Of a stretch of DNA of 51,042 bases, positions 1 through 7,739 are shown in pieces. Origin of the DNA: an uncultured Clostridia bacterium. Its GTDB lineage: Bacteria > Bacillota > Clostridia > TANB77 > CAG-508. The stretch covers positions 1-51,042 of the forward strand of contig CAKPKI010000001.1 of assembly GCA_934167135.1 (NCBI GenBank), read 5' to 3'. The number at the start of each line of letters is the position of its first letter. Position 1 is the first letter of the stretch. Under the pieces are notes generated by a model, which searched no databases, was not told the origin of the DNA, and saw nothing but the letters and a program-made list of their open reading frames with translations. The position numbers were made by a program, and so were the translations under genes.

Positions 1-735
1 TTCTTCTATTTCTTTTTTATATCCATATTTTTCTAAAATAGGCTTGTAAAATTTCTCTTCTGCCTTTCTTCTTGCTTCCTTTGCCTCTAATATATTATCA
101 AAATACCCAAGAAAATAAGTTTTTTTCTTAAATTCAATTGTAGCCTTATATTTATTTCTATCCTTTTTAAAAGATACACCCCTAACTCCACTCGTGTTTG
201 CTTTAGATAATTTATTATTCAAATTATCTAATCTTGTACCTTCTTTTAAGATATTCTCTCTCTTGTACTCATTTCCTATTTGAGTATATGTTTTTGTTTG
301 ATTTCTTTTTACTTCTTCACAATTTTTTATTTTCCCTTGCCTTAGATATCTTCCGTTTATGACTACTTCTTGTCCACAATCACATTTGCATCTCCAATAA
401 TATTCTGCTTTATTAACTCCATTTTTATATTTTTTGTATTCTACCTTTTCAATTTTTATAACTTTAAGTTCATTTATCTTTTTACCTGTTAAATCAATAA
501 AATTCCTTTTTCTATTTTTTATTGCATTTTCTTTACATAAGCATCCACAACTTTTTGTTTTTCCTGATACTAAATCATTTCTAGCAATAGTTACTTTCTT
601 GCCACAATCACATCTACATAACCAATATCCTCTATCTCTATTCTTTCCTTTAGCATCTCTTTTATATTCTACTCTGTCAAATTTTATAACCGTTAATTTT
701 CCAAACTTTTTCCCAACTAAATCAGTAGTATTCAA
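1..735 (-). CDS. AP2-domain DNA-binding protein with two zinc-ribbon-like repeats (phage/MGE type). The 3' end runs off the window.
   Basis: Not in the ORF track. TTG start at 735 lies 5 nt after an AGGAGTG RBS, and the frame stays open to base 1 (245 codons). My translation gives LNTTDLVGKKFGKLTVIKFDRVEYKRDAKGKNRDRGYWLCRCDCGKKVTIARNDLVSGKTKSCGC, then a second repeat EYYWRCKCDCGQEVVINGRYLRQGKIKNC. It continues SGVRGVSFKKDRNKYKATIEFKKKTYFLGYFDNILEAKEARRKAEEKFY, which fits the AP2/integrase-type DNA-binding pattern. Confidence 0.6.
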   Translation of the reverse strand, partial: MNTTDLVGKKFGKLTVIKFDRVEYKRDAKGKNRDRGYWLCRCDCGKKVTIARNDLVSGKTKSCGCLCKENAIKNRKRNFIDLTGKKINELKVIKIEKVEYKKYKNGVNKAEYYWRCKCDCGQEVVINGRYLRQGKIKNCEEVKRNQTKTYTQIGNEYKRENILKEGTRLDNLNNKLSKANTSGVRGVSFKKDRNKYKATIEFKKKTYFLGYFDNILEAKEARRKAEEKFYKPILEKYGYKKEIEE

Positions 736-816
736 ATTATTCACTCCTATGTTTCTTAAATTTGCTCTATGTTAACTCTTAATCGAAGTTTATTCAAGTT
801 ATTTTTATACTTTTAT

Positions 817-1935
817 TTACATTTGAACAAATTCTTCCCAAGCAAATCCATCCCTACCAAAATGTCCATAGTTAGTAGTCTTAGAAAATATTGGTTCTCT
901 TAATTTTAAATATTCGATTATACCTTGTGGACTCAAGTCAAATCTTGCTTTAATTAATTTTATTATCATCCATTCTGGTACTTTATTTGTGTTAAAGCAA
1001 TCTATATAAATTGAGATTGGCTCTATTACTCCTATGCCATAAGAAAGTTGTATCTCACATTTTCTAGCAAGTCCATTTGCAACAACATTTTTTGCAATAT
1101 GCCTTAACATATATGAAGCAGACCTATCAACTTTTGTTCCATCTTTACCTGAAAAAGCCCCTCCGCCATGATGTGCTAATCCACCATATGTATCTACCAT
1201 AATTTTTCTACCAGTTAATCCTGTATCTGCTACAGCTCCACCTAAAACGAATCGTCCAGTCGGGTTTATATAAAACTTTGTTTCAATATCTATCATATCT
1301 GCAGGTACAACTGGAATTATTACTTTCTTAAATATATCCTTTTGTAATGTTTCAATATTAACATTTTCAAAATGCTGAGCAGATATTAATATTGTATCAA
1401 CTCTGAAAGGCTCATCATTTACATATTCAATCGTAACTTGAACTTTTCCATCTGATTTTAAATATGGTATTTCTCCATTTTTTCTTACTTCCGCTAATTT
1501 CCTTGACAATTTGTTTGCAATACTTATTGGATATGGCATATAATCCTCTGATTCATCAGTTGCATAGCCAAACATAATTCCTTGATCTCCTGCTCCTCCA
1601 TAATCAACACCTAATGCTATATCTTTACTTTGCTTTGTAATATTTACTTCAACTTCACAAGTTTTATAATCCATATTTGTTTTTGAATCTGTATAATCTA
1701 CTTCTTTTAATTTTTCTCTAACTATCTTTTCAATATCTATTATTGCATCCGAAGTAATTTGACCTGCAACAATTACTTTATCTTTTGATATAAGTGTTTC
1801 TACTGCAACCCTTGAATTCTTATCTTGTTCTAAACAAGCATCCAAAATAGAGTCAGATATAAAATCGCATACCTTATCAGGATGTCCTTCCGTTACTGAC
1901 TCACTTGTTAAATAATACTTTTTATACTTTGTCAT
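817..1935 (-). CDS. metK: S-adenosylmethionine synthetase (MetK), divergent short form
   Basis: Hallmark MetK motifs are present: SESVTEGHPDKVCD, GAGDQGIMFGYA, DTYGGLAHHGGGAFSGKDGTKVDRSASY and YGHFGR. At 372 aa it is shorter than typical MetK, and the flexible loop before GAGDQG is visibly shortened. Confidence 0.9.
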   Translation of the reverse strand: MTKYKKYYLTSESVTEGHPDKVCDFISDSILDACLEQDKNSRVAVETLISKDKVIVAGQITSDAIIDIEKIVREKLKEVDYTDSKTNMDYKTCEVEVNITKQSKDIALGVDYGGAGDQGIMFGYATDESEDYMPYPISIANKLSRKLAEVRKNGEIPYLKSDGKVQVTIEYVNDEPFRVDTILISAQHFENVNIETLQKDIFKKVIIPVVPADMIDIETKFYINPTGRFVLGGAVADTGLTGRKIMVDTYGGLAHHGGGAFSGKDGTKVDRSASYMLRHIAKNVVANGLARKCEIQLSYGIGVIEPISIYIDCFNTNKVPEWMIIKLIKARFDLSPQGIIEYLKLREPIFSKTTNYGHFGRDGFAWEEFVQM

Positions 1936-2085
1936 ATTTTGCTATAATTTCTCTCCTCTCTTTTATTCTAGTATAACTTCATGTCTTATTTCAGCTTTTA
2001 TTTTTTAACAACAACCTACTCGACTTTTTTTATACCTCTACTAATTATTTATTGTATATTTTATATTTAAATTTGTATAAAAATA

Positions 2086-2102
2086 GAGTAACTAAGTTAC
2101 TC
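2086..2102 (-). terminator. Short hairpin downstream of the XRE gene
   Basis: GAGTAAC-TAA-GTTACTC palindrome, followed on the minus strand by a T-rich run and located just after the stop at 2112. Confidence 0.35.
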
Positions 2103-2111
2103 CATTTAATC

Positions 2112-2618
2112 TTAATTTGATAATTGAATTTCATATTCCTCAATAATTTTTCTTATTTTGTAATAACATTCCTCTGATACTGCTTTTTCTTTATTAATCC
2201 ATGATAATATGCTCCTTCTATTAATTCCCGCTTTTCTCGCAAATTCATTTTTAGATATTCCACTTTTCTTAAAGAAATTAACTAATATTTTATCAGGTCC
2301 AGACATTAAAAATTCTACATAATCTGATAATATTGGTTTTTCAGAAAAATCAAGAACTTTTATTATTTTCTTTATCTTTTTTATATCTGTAACTTCAATT
2401 TCATTTAATTCATACCTTCTATATGTGTCTTCACTTACACCAATTTTTTCTCCAACTTGTCTTTGACTATAGCCCTTCAAGTTTCTAAAATATCTCATTT
2501 GATCTGCAAAGTCTGTTGTATTACTATTTAGAATTTTTTTAGGTGTTTTATCAACTTTTATTTTTAAATTATCTTCAATATTTTCTTTTTCTTTTATTTT
2601 TGAGAACAGTTCTGCCAT
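2112..2618 (-). CDS. XRE-family transcriptional regulator with two helix-turn-helix modules
   Basis: Two HTH_3-like segments: LKGYSQRQVGEKIGVSEDTYRRYE and SGISKNEFARKAGINRRSILSWI. The start is uncertain. I chose the internal ATG (MAELFSK...). An alternative ATG at 2693 overlaps the stop of the truncated permease as TGATG. The longer 2756 start in the ORF track overlaps the permease fragment. Confidence 0.65.
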   Translation of the reverse strand: MAELFSKIKEKENIEDNLKIKVDKTPKKILNSNTTDFADQMRYFRNLKGYSQRQVGEKIGVSEDTYRRYELNEIEVTDIKKIKKIIKVLDFSEKPILSDYVEFLMSGPDKILVNFFKKSGISKNEFARKAGINRRSILSWINKEKAVSEECYYKIRKIIEEYEIQLSN

Positions 2619-2692
2619 TACTTGTCCATCAATAAAACTGCTTTTTTCAGCTGTATTCAAGGCTTTGGCAGGTTTGCCACTATTTGTTGTCA

Positions 2693-3160
2693 TCAGACCA
2701 CCGTTGCAATTGATAACGCCATAACAATTATTGCTGGCATTCCAGCTCCTACCCAAATAATAATTACTGGTCCAAGTGCTATTTTAGGCAAACTATTTAA
2801 AACCACCAAAAAAGGTTCCGAAACTTTAGATATAAATGGCGACCACCAAAGTATTATTGCTATTATTACACCAGCAATGCTACCTAATCCAAAGCCAATT
2901 AATGTTTCCTCACATGTTATTTTTAAATGTTCTAATAAATTATTTGATGATAAATTCATAAATGTTTTTACTATTCTAGATGGTTGGCTGGCTATAAAAC
3001 TATCTATTATTCCTTTGCTTGCAAGAATCTCCCACAATGCTATAAAAGCTATAACTATAAATATTTGCGTAGTTAAAATTTTTATTTTCCTTATTTTTAT
3101 TTTTCTTAAATATTTTTTTCTATCATTGGAAATTATTTCTTTATTTTTCAAATCTATCAC
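2693..3160 (-). pseudogene. ABC transporter permease (NitT/TauT-like), N-terminal 155 aa only
   Basis: WEILASKGIIDSFIASQPSRIV...LVVLNSLPKIALGPVIIIWVGAGMPAIIVMALSIATVV matches the N-terminal two thirds of TauC/SsuC-type permeases. The frame stops after SIATVV, where roughly 100 more residues would be expected. Confidence 0.6.
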
Positions 3161-3214
3161 ATCACTTTCATTTTGACATTTGTATGTTTGCTATATTTTA
3201 TGTATATTTTTGTT

Positions 3215-3943
3215 TTAATGTGACAATTCATCATTTTCCCTTTGTTTCACCTTAAAATTAGACATATCAACTGGTTCGGGAGTAAATTTATATTTTTCCA
3301 TAAACGACTCTTTACTTCTATGGTCATCTAAAAGAACCTGTCCTAAATCATAAATATTAAATCTAGTATAAGTTTCCGCTTCTTTATCATTTTTTTCATA
3401 TATTTCAAAAATTTGTTCACCAATCTCATGAATAACAACAATAGGATACTTCAAAAAATCCATATTCAAATTAGAAGACTTTTTTAAAACTTTAGGAGAT
3501 TTGCTCAAAAATTCATAATCTAAAATAAGACTCGCTTCCCAATCTCTTGGTCTTTTACCCTTATCTATAGATTTAACCAACTCTTTTGTAACCGCTTGTA
3601 CTTCAATCTTTATTCCAGGTCTATCTCCTTTATTATATACAGCCAAAGTACCAACAAAAGGAGCCGAGAAATACTCTGGTGATACTCTATGTATTACAAA
3701 CTCCATATTCTTATCTTTTTGTTTTTGTTCTTTCATAAACTTTTTTAATTCTTTTTTATCAGAAAAAGTACCCTGTGGTAAATTCAATTCAGAACCAATT
3801 GTTCGTCCACCTCTTACTCTCCATAAATTACTCTTTTCTAATTGATTTTCATCCAAATTTTCAACTTTATCTACAAATAAACAGTCAACTGTTAAATCTG
3901 GAAAATTCTTTTGTAAAAACTTCAATCCATCTATTTTTCTCAT
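3215..3943 (-). CDS. Hypothetical protein (242 aa), last gene of the rSAM cluster
   Basis: Long ORF with GAAGGAGAATGAA before the ATG. Its start abuts the stop of the upstream 108-aa ORF. I recognise no family, and any resemblance to ATP-grasp-type folds is only an impression. Confidence 0.5.
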   Translation of the reverse strand: MRKIDGLKFLQKNFPDLTVDCLFVDKVENLDENQLEKSNLWRVRGGRTIGSELNLPQGTFSDKKELKKFMKEQKQKDKNMEFVIHRVSPEYFSAPFVGTLAVYNKGDRPGIKIEVQAVTKELVKSIDKGKRPRDWEASLILDYEFLSKSPKVLKKSSNLNMDFLKYPIVVIHEIGEQIFEIYEKNDKEAETYTRFNIYDLGQVLLDDHRSKESFMEKYKFTPEPVDMSNFKVKQRENDELSH

Positions 3944-3944
3944 T

Positions 3945-4271
3945 TCATTCTCCTTCTATTACATCAAAAAAATCATTCTTATTTGTTTCAGACAATATGT
4001 TCATACCATTCCACCAAAATGTGCCATCCACAAAATATCTTCCTGTTGGAAATTCCTTTTTTATATAATATTTATCGTATTTATTCAATTCTGATTTTGC
4101 TTCAACCTTCTCAATTCTATTTAAATTAAATTCATCAATTTTTCCATCTGGCATAATTACTCTATACTTTATCTGACCATTAACATCTTCATCTGAATTA
4201 TTACAAATTTTCATATGAAATGTTGTAAATAAATCAGTACCTTTTACTATTTTTTTTGGAAATATACTCAT
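3945..4271 (-). CDS. Hypothetical protein (108 aa)
   Basis: ORF with a strong RBS (AAAGGAGGATTAGA-ATG), tightly packed between the small peptide ORF and the 242-aa ORF. No family recognised. Confidence 0.5.
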   Translation of the reverse strand: MSIFPKKIVKGTDLFTTFHMKICNNSDEDVNGQIKYRVIMPDGKIDEFNLNRIEKVEAKSELNKYDKYYIKKEFPTGRYFVDGTFWWNGMNILSETNKNDFFDVIEGE

Positions 4272-4337
4272 TCTAATCCTCCTTTATTTCAAATAAAAAG
4301 ATGACAATCTATGACTGCCACCTTTTAGATAATTATT

Positions 4338-4445
4338 TTATCCACACATTCTACATGTTAGTATTTTTTTCTTATTATTTGTTTCATTTTTTACTTCATT
4401 TACTGGTTTGTTTTTTACCTCTGTTTTCATAACTTCTTTTTTCAT
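4338..4445 (-). CDS. Unannotated 35-aa peptide MKKEVMKTEVKNKPVNEVKNETNNKKKILTCRMCG (candidate rSAM substrate / RiPP precursor)
   Basis: Found by hand translation and too short for the ORF track. The ATG at 4445 is preceded by AAAGGAGC 5 nt upstream, and the ORF starts 69 nt after the rSAM/SPASM stop. It has a Lys/Glu/Asn-rich leader-like N-terminus and a Cys-x-x-Cys-Gly C-terminus. Confidence 0.4.
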   Translation of the reverse strand: MKKEVMKTEVKNKPVNEVKNETNNKKKILTCRMCG

Positions 4446-4513
4446 TTTGAGCTCCTTTCTAGGTAATAAACCTATTTAATTTATATGTATTGCAAAAACT
4501 GCAATATTAAAAA

Positions 4514-5500
4514 CTATAACAAACATAGTGGATCTTCTTCTAGTAATGATTTCTTTAATGCTAATGCTGTAGCCCTACAGCCTCCACATATCATTTTATA
4601 TGTACATTTTTGGCATTTTCCTTTTAAACTTTTTTTATATTCTTTTAGTGTAACAAATAGCTTGTTCTTTTCTAAGATTTCATCTAGCGATTTATTTTTA
4701 ATATTGTCAGCAAACATAGGTATATATGAACATGCACCAACATTTCCTTTAAAATCAATATATATAATTTCATCTCCAGCTTCACAACCAGCATAATACT
4801 CACTTGCTTCTTTTAAGTCTATTCCAAAAACCTCTGGAAATATTGGAATTAATAGTGGGTCACCTGTTCTAAATTTAATACCTAACTTTTTACATTCGTA
4901 TATTAATTCTTTAATTATATTTTTGTATTCTTCATTAGATATCATTAAATCTTCACTTGCATTTCCCGTTAATATTACTCTCCTTGTATTAAATTCCTCT
5001 GCACCATTTTGGCTAGCTAATCTTAGCACTTTTTTTGCATCTTCTATTGTGTCTTTGGTAAGTGTATATCTTATTGAAAACTTAATTCCATTTTCTTTTA
5101 AAATTGGTAATGTATCTATTACCTTTTGAAATGTTCCTTTTCTACCTCTAAATCTATCATGTGTTTCTTCCATTCCATCTATACTTATAGATAATCTTAC
5201 ATTTGAATATTTTGTTAGTTTTTCTGCTATTTGTTCATTTATAAGTGTACAATTTGTTGTTATTACTATGTCATCAAATTTTGTAGCATAATCCAATATA
5301 TCAAATAAATCTCTTCTTAAAAATGGTTCTCCTCCTGAAAGATTTAATTTTGTTGTACCACAGTAATATAATTGTGCTAATAAGCTTTTTGCTTGTTCTA
5401 ATGTTAATTCTTTTTCCTTTGTGTTTTTATCTAAAACTCTACAATGTTTGCAATTTAGATTACAGTCGTCATTTATATCCCATTGAGCGACCATAGGCAT
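4514..5500 (-). CDS. Radical SAM enzyme with a C-terminal SPASM-type auxiliary cluster domain
   Basis: CNLNCKHC (CX3CX2C) near the N-terminus, then LSGGEPFLR and THDRFRGRKGTF. The C-terminal Cys-rich segment is GACSYIP...KCQKCTYKMICGGCRA...PLC. Confidence 0.85.
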   Translation of the reverse strand: MPMVAQWDINDDCNLNCKHCRVLDKNTKEKELTLEQAKSLLAQLYYCGTTKLNLSGGEPFLRRDLFDILDYATKFDDIVITTNCTLINEQIAEKLTKYSNVRLSISIDGMEETHDRFRGRKGTFQKVIDTLPILKENGIKFSIRYTLTKDTIEDAKKVLRLASQNGAEEFNTRRVILTGNASEDLMISNEEYKNIIKELIYECKKLGIKFRTGDPLLIPIFPEVFGIDLKEASEYYAGCEAGDEIIYIDFKGNVGACSYIPMFADNIKNKSLDEILEKNKLFVTLKEYKKSLKGKCQKCTYKMICGGCRATALALKKSLLEEDPLCLL

Positions 5501-5557
5501 AATTTTCGCCTCCCTTTATTCCAGTTTTTACCATTTTATACCCATTTTTTAATTTTG

Positions 5558-6058
5558 TCAATATTTTCCATTAATTTTTTTCATTAAAATTTCAAATGCT
5601 TCTATGTGGCTTTTTTTGAACTCTCCATTACTACACAATTCTTTTATTTTATTTTCGGGAAACCAATAAACTTTATCAACTTCATCTTTTTGTAATTGCA
5701 TATTTTCTTTTTGGTAATCTTTTTTTAAATAATATAAATCATAAAAACATCTATCACTATCATCTCTAGTAGAATACATAAGTTCTAATTCTTGTGGTAA
5801 TGCTTCTACTCCTAATTCTTCTTTTATTTCAGTTATAATTCCTGTTAAACTATTTTCTCCAGATTTTGGGTGACCTGATGTTAATCCATATTTTCCACCC
5901 TTTTGTTTACTTCTCTTTTGTACTAATATTTCATTTTTAGAATTTTGTATTAATGCTAAAACTACCAATGTATAATAATTATCTGGCGTTTCTTGTTCTT
6001 TTAATATTGTAAATTTTGTATTTTCTTTATATCTGTTATATAAATCTCTTTTTTCCAT
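5558..6058 (-). CDS. NUDIX hydrolase
   Basis: Nudix box GHPKSGENSLTGIITEIKEELGV. The start is moved to the ATG preceded by GGAACGAGGTG (MEKRDLYNRY...). Confidence 0.8.
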   Translation of the reverse strand: MEKRDLYNRYKENTKFTILKEQETPDNYYTLVVLALIQNSKNEILVQKRSKQKGGKYGLTSGHPKSGENSLTGIITEIKEELGVEALPQELELMYSTRDDSDRCFYDLYYLKKDYQKENMQLQKDEVDKVYWFPENKIKELCSNGEFKKSHIEAFEILMKKINGKY

Positions 6059-6076
6059 TGTGACACCTCGTTCCTT

Positions 6077-6105
6077 ACTATAATACAATATACTGAAATT
6101 TTCAA
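6077..6105 (-). promoter_or_regulatory. Candidate sigma-A promoter for the NUDIX/rSAM genes
   Basis: On the minus strand: TTGAAA, 17 nt, TATAGT, shortly upstream of the NUDIX RBS. Confidence 0.3.
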
Positions 6106-6153
6106 TATTTATTATAAATTGTTTTAATATTTTTCCAGTTTTTTCTATTTTTA

Positions 6154-6182
6154 TTGACTTATTTTACCATTTTTTATATAAT
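6154..6182 (+). promoter_or_regulatory. Candidate sigma-A promoter for the MetRS-like gene
   Basis: TTGACT (6154-6159), 17 nt, TATAAT (6177-6182). The leader to the ATG is only about 95 nt. Confidence 0.45.
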
Positions 6183-6279
6183 ATGGTCATAACTTTTTAT
6201 ATTGTTACTATTTATTTATAGTAACTGTTGCAACCATATACTAATATTTTATACCATTTATAAAAAGGAGGTTAAGATT

Positions 6280-7683
6280 ATGAAACAAAATATTTTTATA
6301 GGCGGAGCATGGCCTTATGCTAATGGTCTACTTCATGTAGGTCACATTGCCTCACTTCTTCCAGGAGATGTTATTGCTAGATACTATCGTAAAAAAGGAG
6401 CAGATGTATTATATGTATCTGGAACTGATTCACATGGTACACCTATAACTTTAAGAGCTCAAAAAGAAAATTGCAATCCTATGAGCATAGTTAATCGGTA
6501 TCATAAAGAATTTTGCTATTGTTTTGATAAATTACAATTCTCATATGACAATTATACCTTAACATGTAATCCATATCATAAAGAGTTTGTAAAATCTTGT
6601 ATTCAGAAGATTTATGACAACGGATATATCTATTCAAAAGATGGACATCTTTACTGGAAACTTAGTAGTTTTCAAAAAGAAATAGAAGAGTTTGTCCATT
6701 TACATGAGGATACTTGGCGTTTTAATGCTATTAATGAATCAAAAAAATATTTAAAAGAAAAATTACATGACCGTGGTATTACACGCCAGTTAGAATGGGG
6801 AATTGATGTTCCTATTAAGGGCTTTGATGATAAAAAGATTTATGTTTGGATTGAGGCAGTTTTAGGATATATTTCAGCAGGAAAATACTTTTGTGAACAA
6901 CATAATTTAGATTGGAATGAATTTTACAAAAATTCAAATGTAAAATCTTATTTTATTCATGGAAAAGATAATATTCCTTTCCATACTATTATTTACCCAG
7001 CATTATTACTTTCTTTAAACGAAGGATATCACCTTCCAGATTACATGATTTCTAGTGAATATCTTAATGTAGATGATGAAAAGATTTCAAAAAGTCAAGG
7101 CAATGGTGTAACTGCTAGAGAACTTATTGAAAAATACAATTCAGATACTATTAGATATTACATGATTTCTCAAGCTCCAGAGCAAAAAGATTCTAATTTT
7201 AGTTATGATGTATTAATTCAACTTCATAACAAAAAATTGGTTGGTGAATATGGTAATTTTGTTAATCGCAATTTAGCTTTTTTAGTAAAAAAATTTGATG
7301 GTCTCATCCCTTATGGTATTATTGACGAAGAAGTAAAAAAACATATTTTAAACACTTATAAGACAGTAGGCAATTTGATTGAAACAGGTAATTTAAAAAA
7401 TGCTATATGCAAAATTCAGGAATTAGTACAATTTGCAAACAAATATTATGATGATAATACACCTTGGATTTATGTAAAAAAAGATATTGACATTTTTAAT
7501 AATATAACTTCCACTTGTATTGATTTAATTATTAATATTGCAAATTTATATGAACCATTTATTCCTGATTCATCACAAAAAGTGTTTAGCTTTTTTGGAA
7601 AGTCCAACTATAATTGGGAATATGTTTCTGTTAAGCCTTTAATTTATTTGCAAAATATTAGTGTTCTTTTTAATAGAATTTAA
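6280..7683 (+). CDS. metG: Methionyl-tRNA synthetase-like protein (467 aa) lacking the zinc-knuckle part of the connective peptide and the C-terminal tRNA-binding appendix
   Basis: WPYANGLLHVGH (HIGH motif), GTDSHGTPI, FSYDNY, YVWIEAVLGY, GKDNIPFHTIIYPALL, KISKSQG (KMSKS motif) and an anticodon-domain pattern NKYYDDNTPW. The start is set at the ATG after AAAAGGAGG, and the longer track ORF is a 5' extension. Confidence 0.85.
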   Translation: MKQNIFIGGAWPYANGLLHVGHIASLLPGDVIARYYRKKGADVLYVSGTDSHGTPITLRAQKENCNPMSIVNRYHKEFCYCFDKLQFSYDNYTLTCNPYHKEFVKSCIQKIYDNGYIYSKDGHLYWKLSSFQKEIEEFVHLHEDTWRFNAINESKKYLKEKLHDRGITRQLEWGIDVPIKGFDDKKIYVWIEAVLGYISAGKYFCEQHNLDWNEFYKNSNVKSYFIHGKDNIPFHTIIYPALLLSLNEGYHLPDYMISSEYLNVDDEKISKSQGNGVTARELIEKYNSDTIRYYMISQAPEQKDSNFSYDVLIQLHNKKLVGEYGNFVNRNLAFLVKKFDGLIPYGIIDEEVKKHILNTYKTVGNLIETGNLKNAICKIQELVQFANKYYDDNTPWIYVKKDIDIFNNITSTCIDLIINIANLYEPFIPDSSQKVFSFFGKSNYNWEYVSVKPLIYLQNISVLFNRI

Positions 7684-7698
7684 ATGGTTGTAACAAAT

Positions 7699-7733
7699 AA
7701 TCCCAACTGAAAACATTGTTTTTGGTTGGGATT
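7699..7733. terminator. Hairpin between the convergent metG-like gene and the ABC ATPase 3' fragment (bidirectional terminator candidate)
   Basis: AATCCCAAC..AAAACA-TT-GTTTTT..GTTGGGATT, with T/A-rich flanks. Confidence 0.55.
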
Positions 7734-7739
7734 AACATT

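Noticed and set aside
434-775. Plus-strand 113-aa ORF at the left edge
   Set aside because: It is a low-complexity Phe/Leu/Ser-rich translation antisense to a much better minus-strand gene, the AP2-domain protein. It is typical of the shadow ORFs seen in AT-rich DNA.
1936-2111. Possible SAM riboswitch upstream of metK
   Set aside because: The region is almost pure A/T. It has none of the conserved GC-rich SAM-I elements, and the only hairpin is explained as the XRE terminator.
2622-3176. Plus-strand 184-aa ORF. The same applies to many other antisense ORFs in the track, for example 8900-9214, 13009-13275, 17823-18110, 20476-20928, 26084-26491, 35474-35878, 43688-44110 and 45510-45884.
   Set aside because: All lie antisense to genes with clear family motifs. 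They lack ribosome-binding sites and have Leu/Phe/Ile/Ser-dominated composition.
4514-5500. Prokaryotic viperin-like antiviral rSAM next to the NUDIX gene
   Set aside because: The enzyme has a C-terminal multi-Cys SPASM-type region and a W-x-I-x-x-x-CNLxCxHC start, typical of peptide or cofactor maturases. Viperins lack the SPASM domain.
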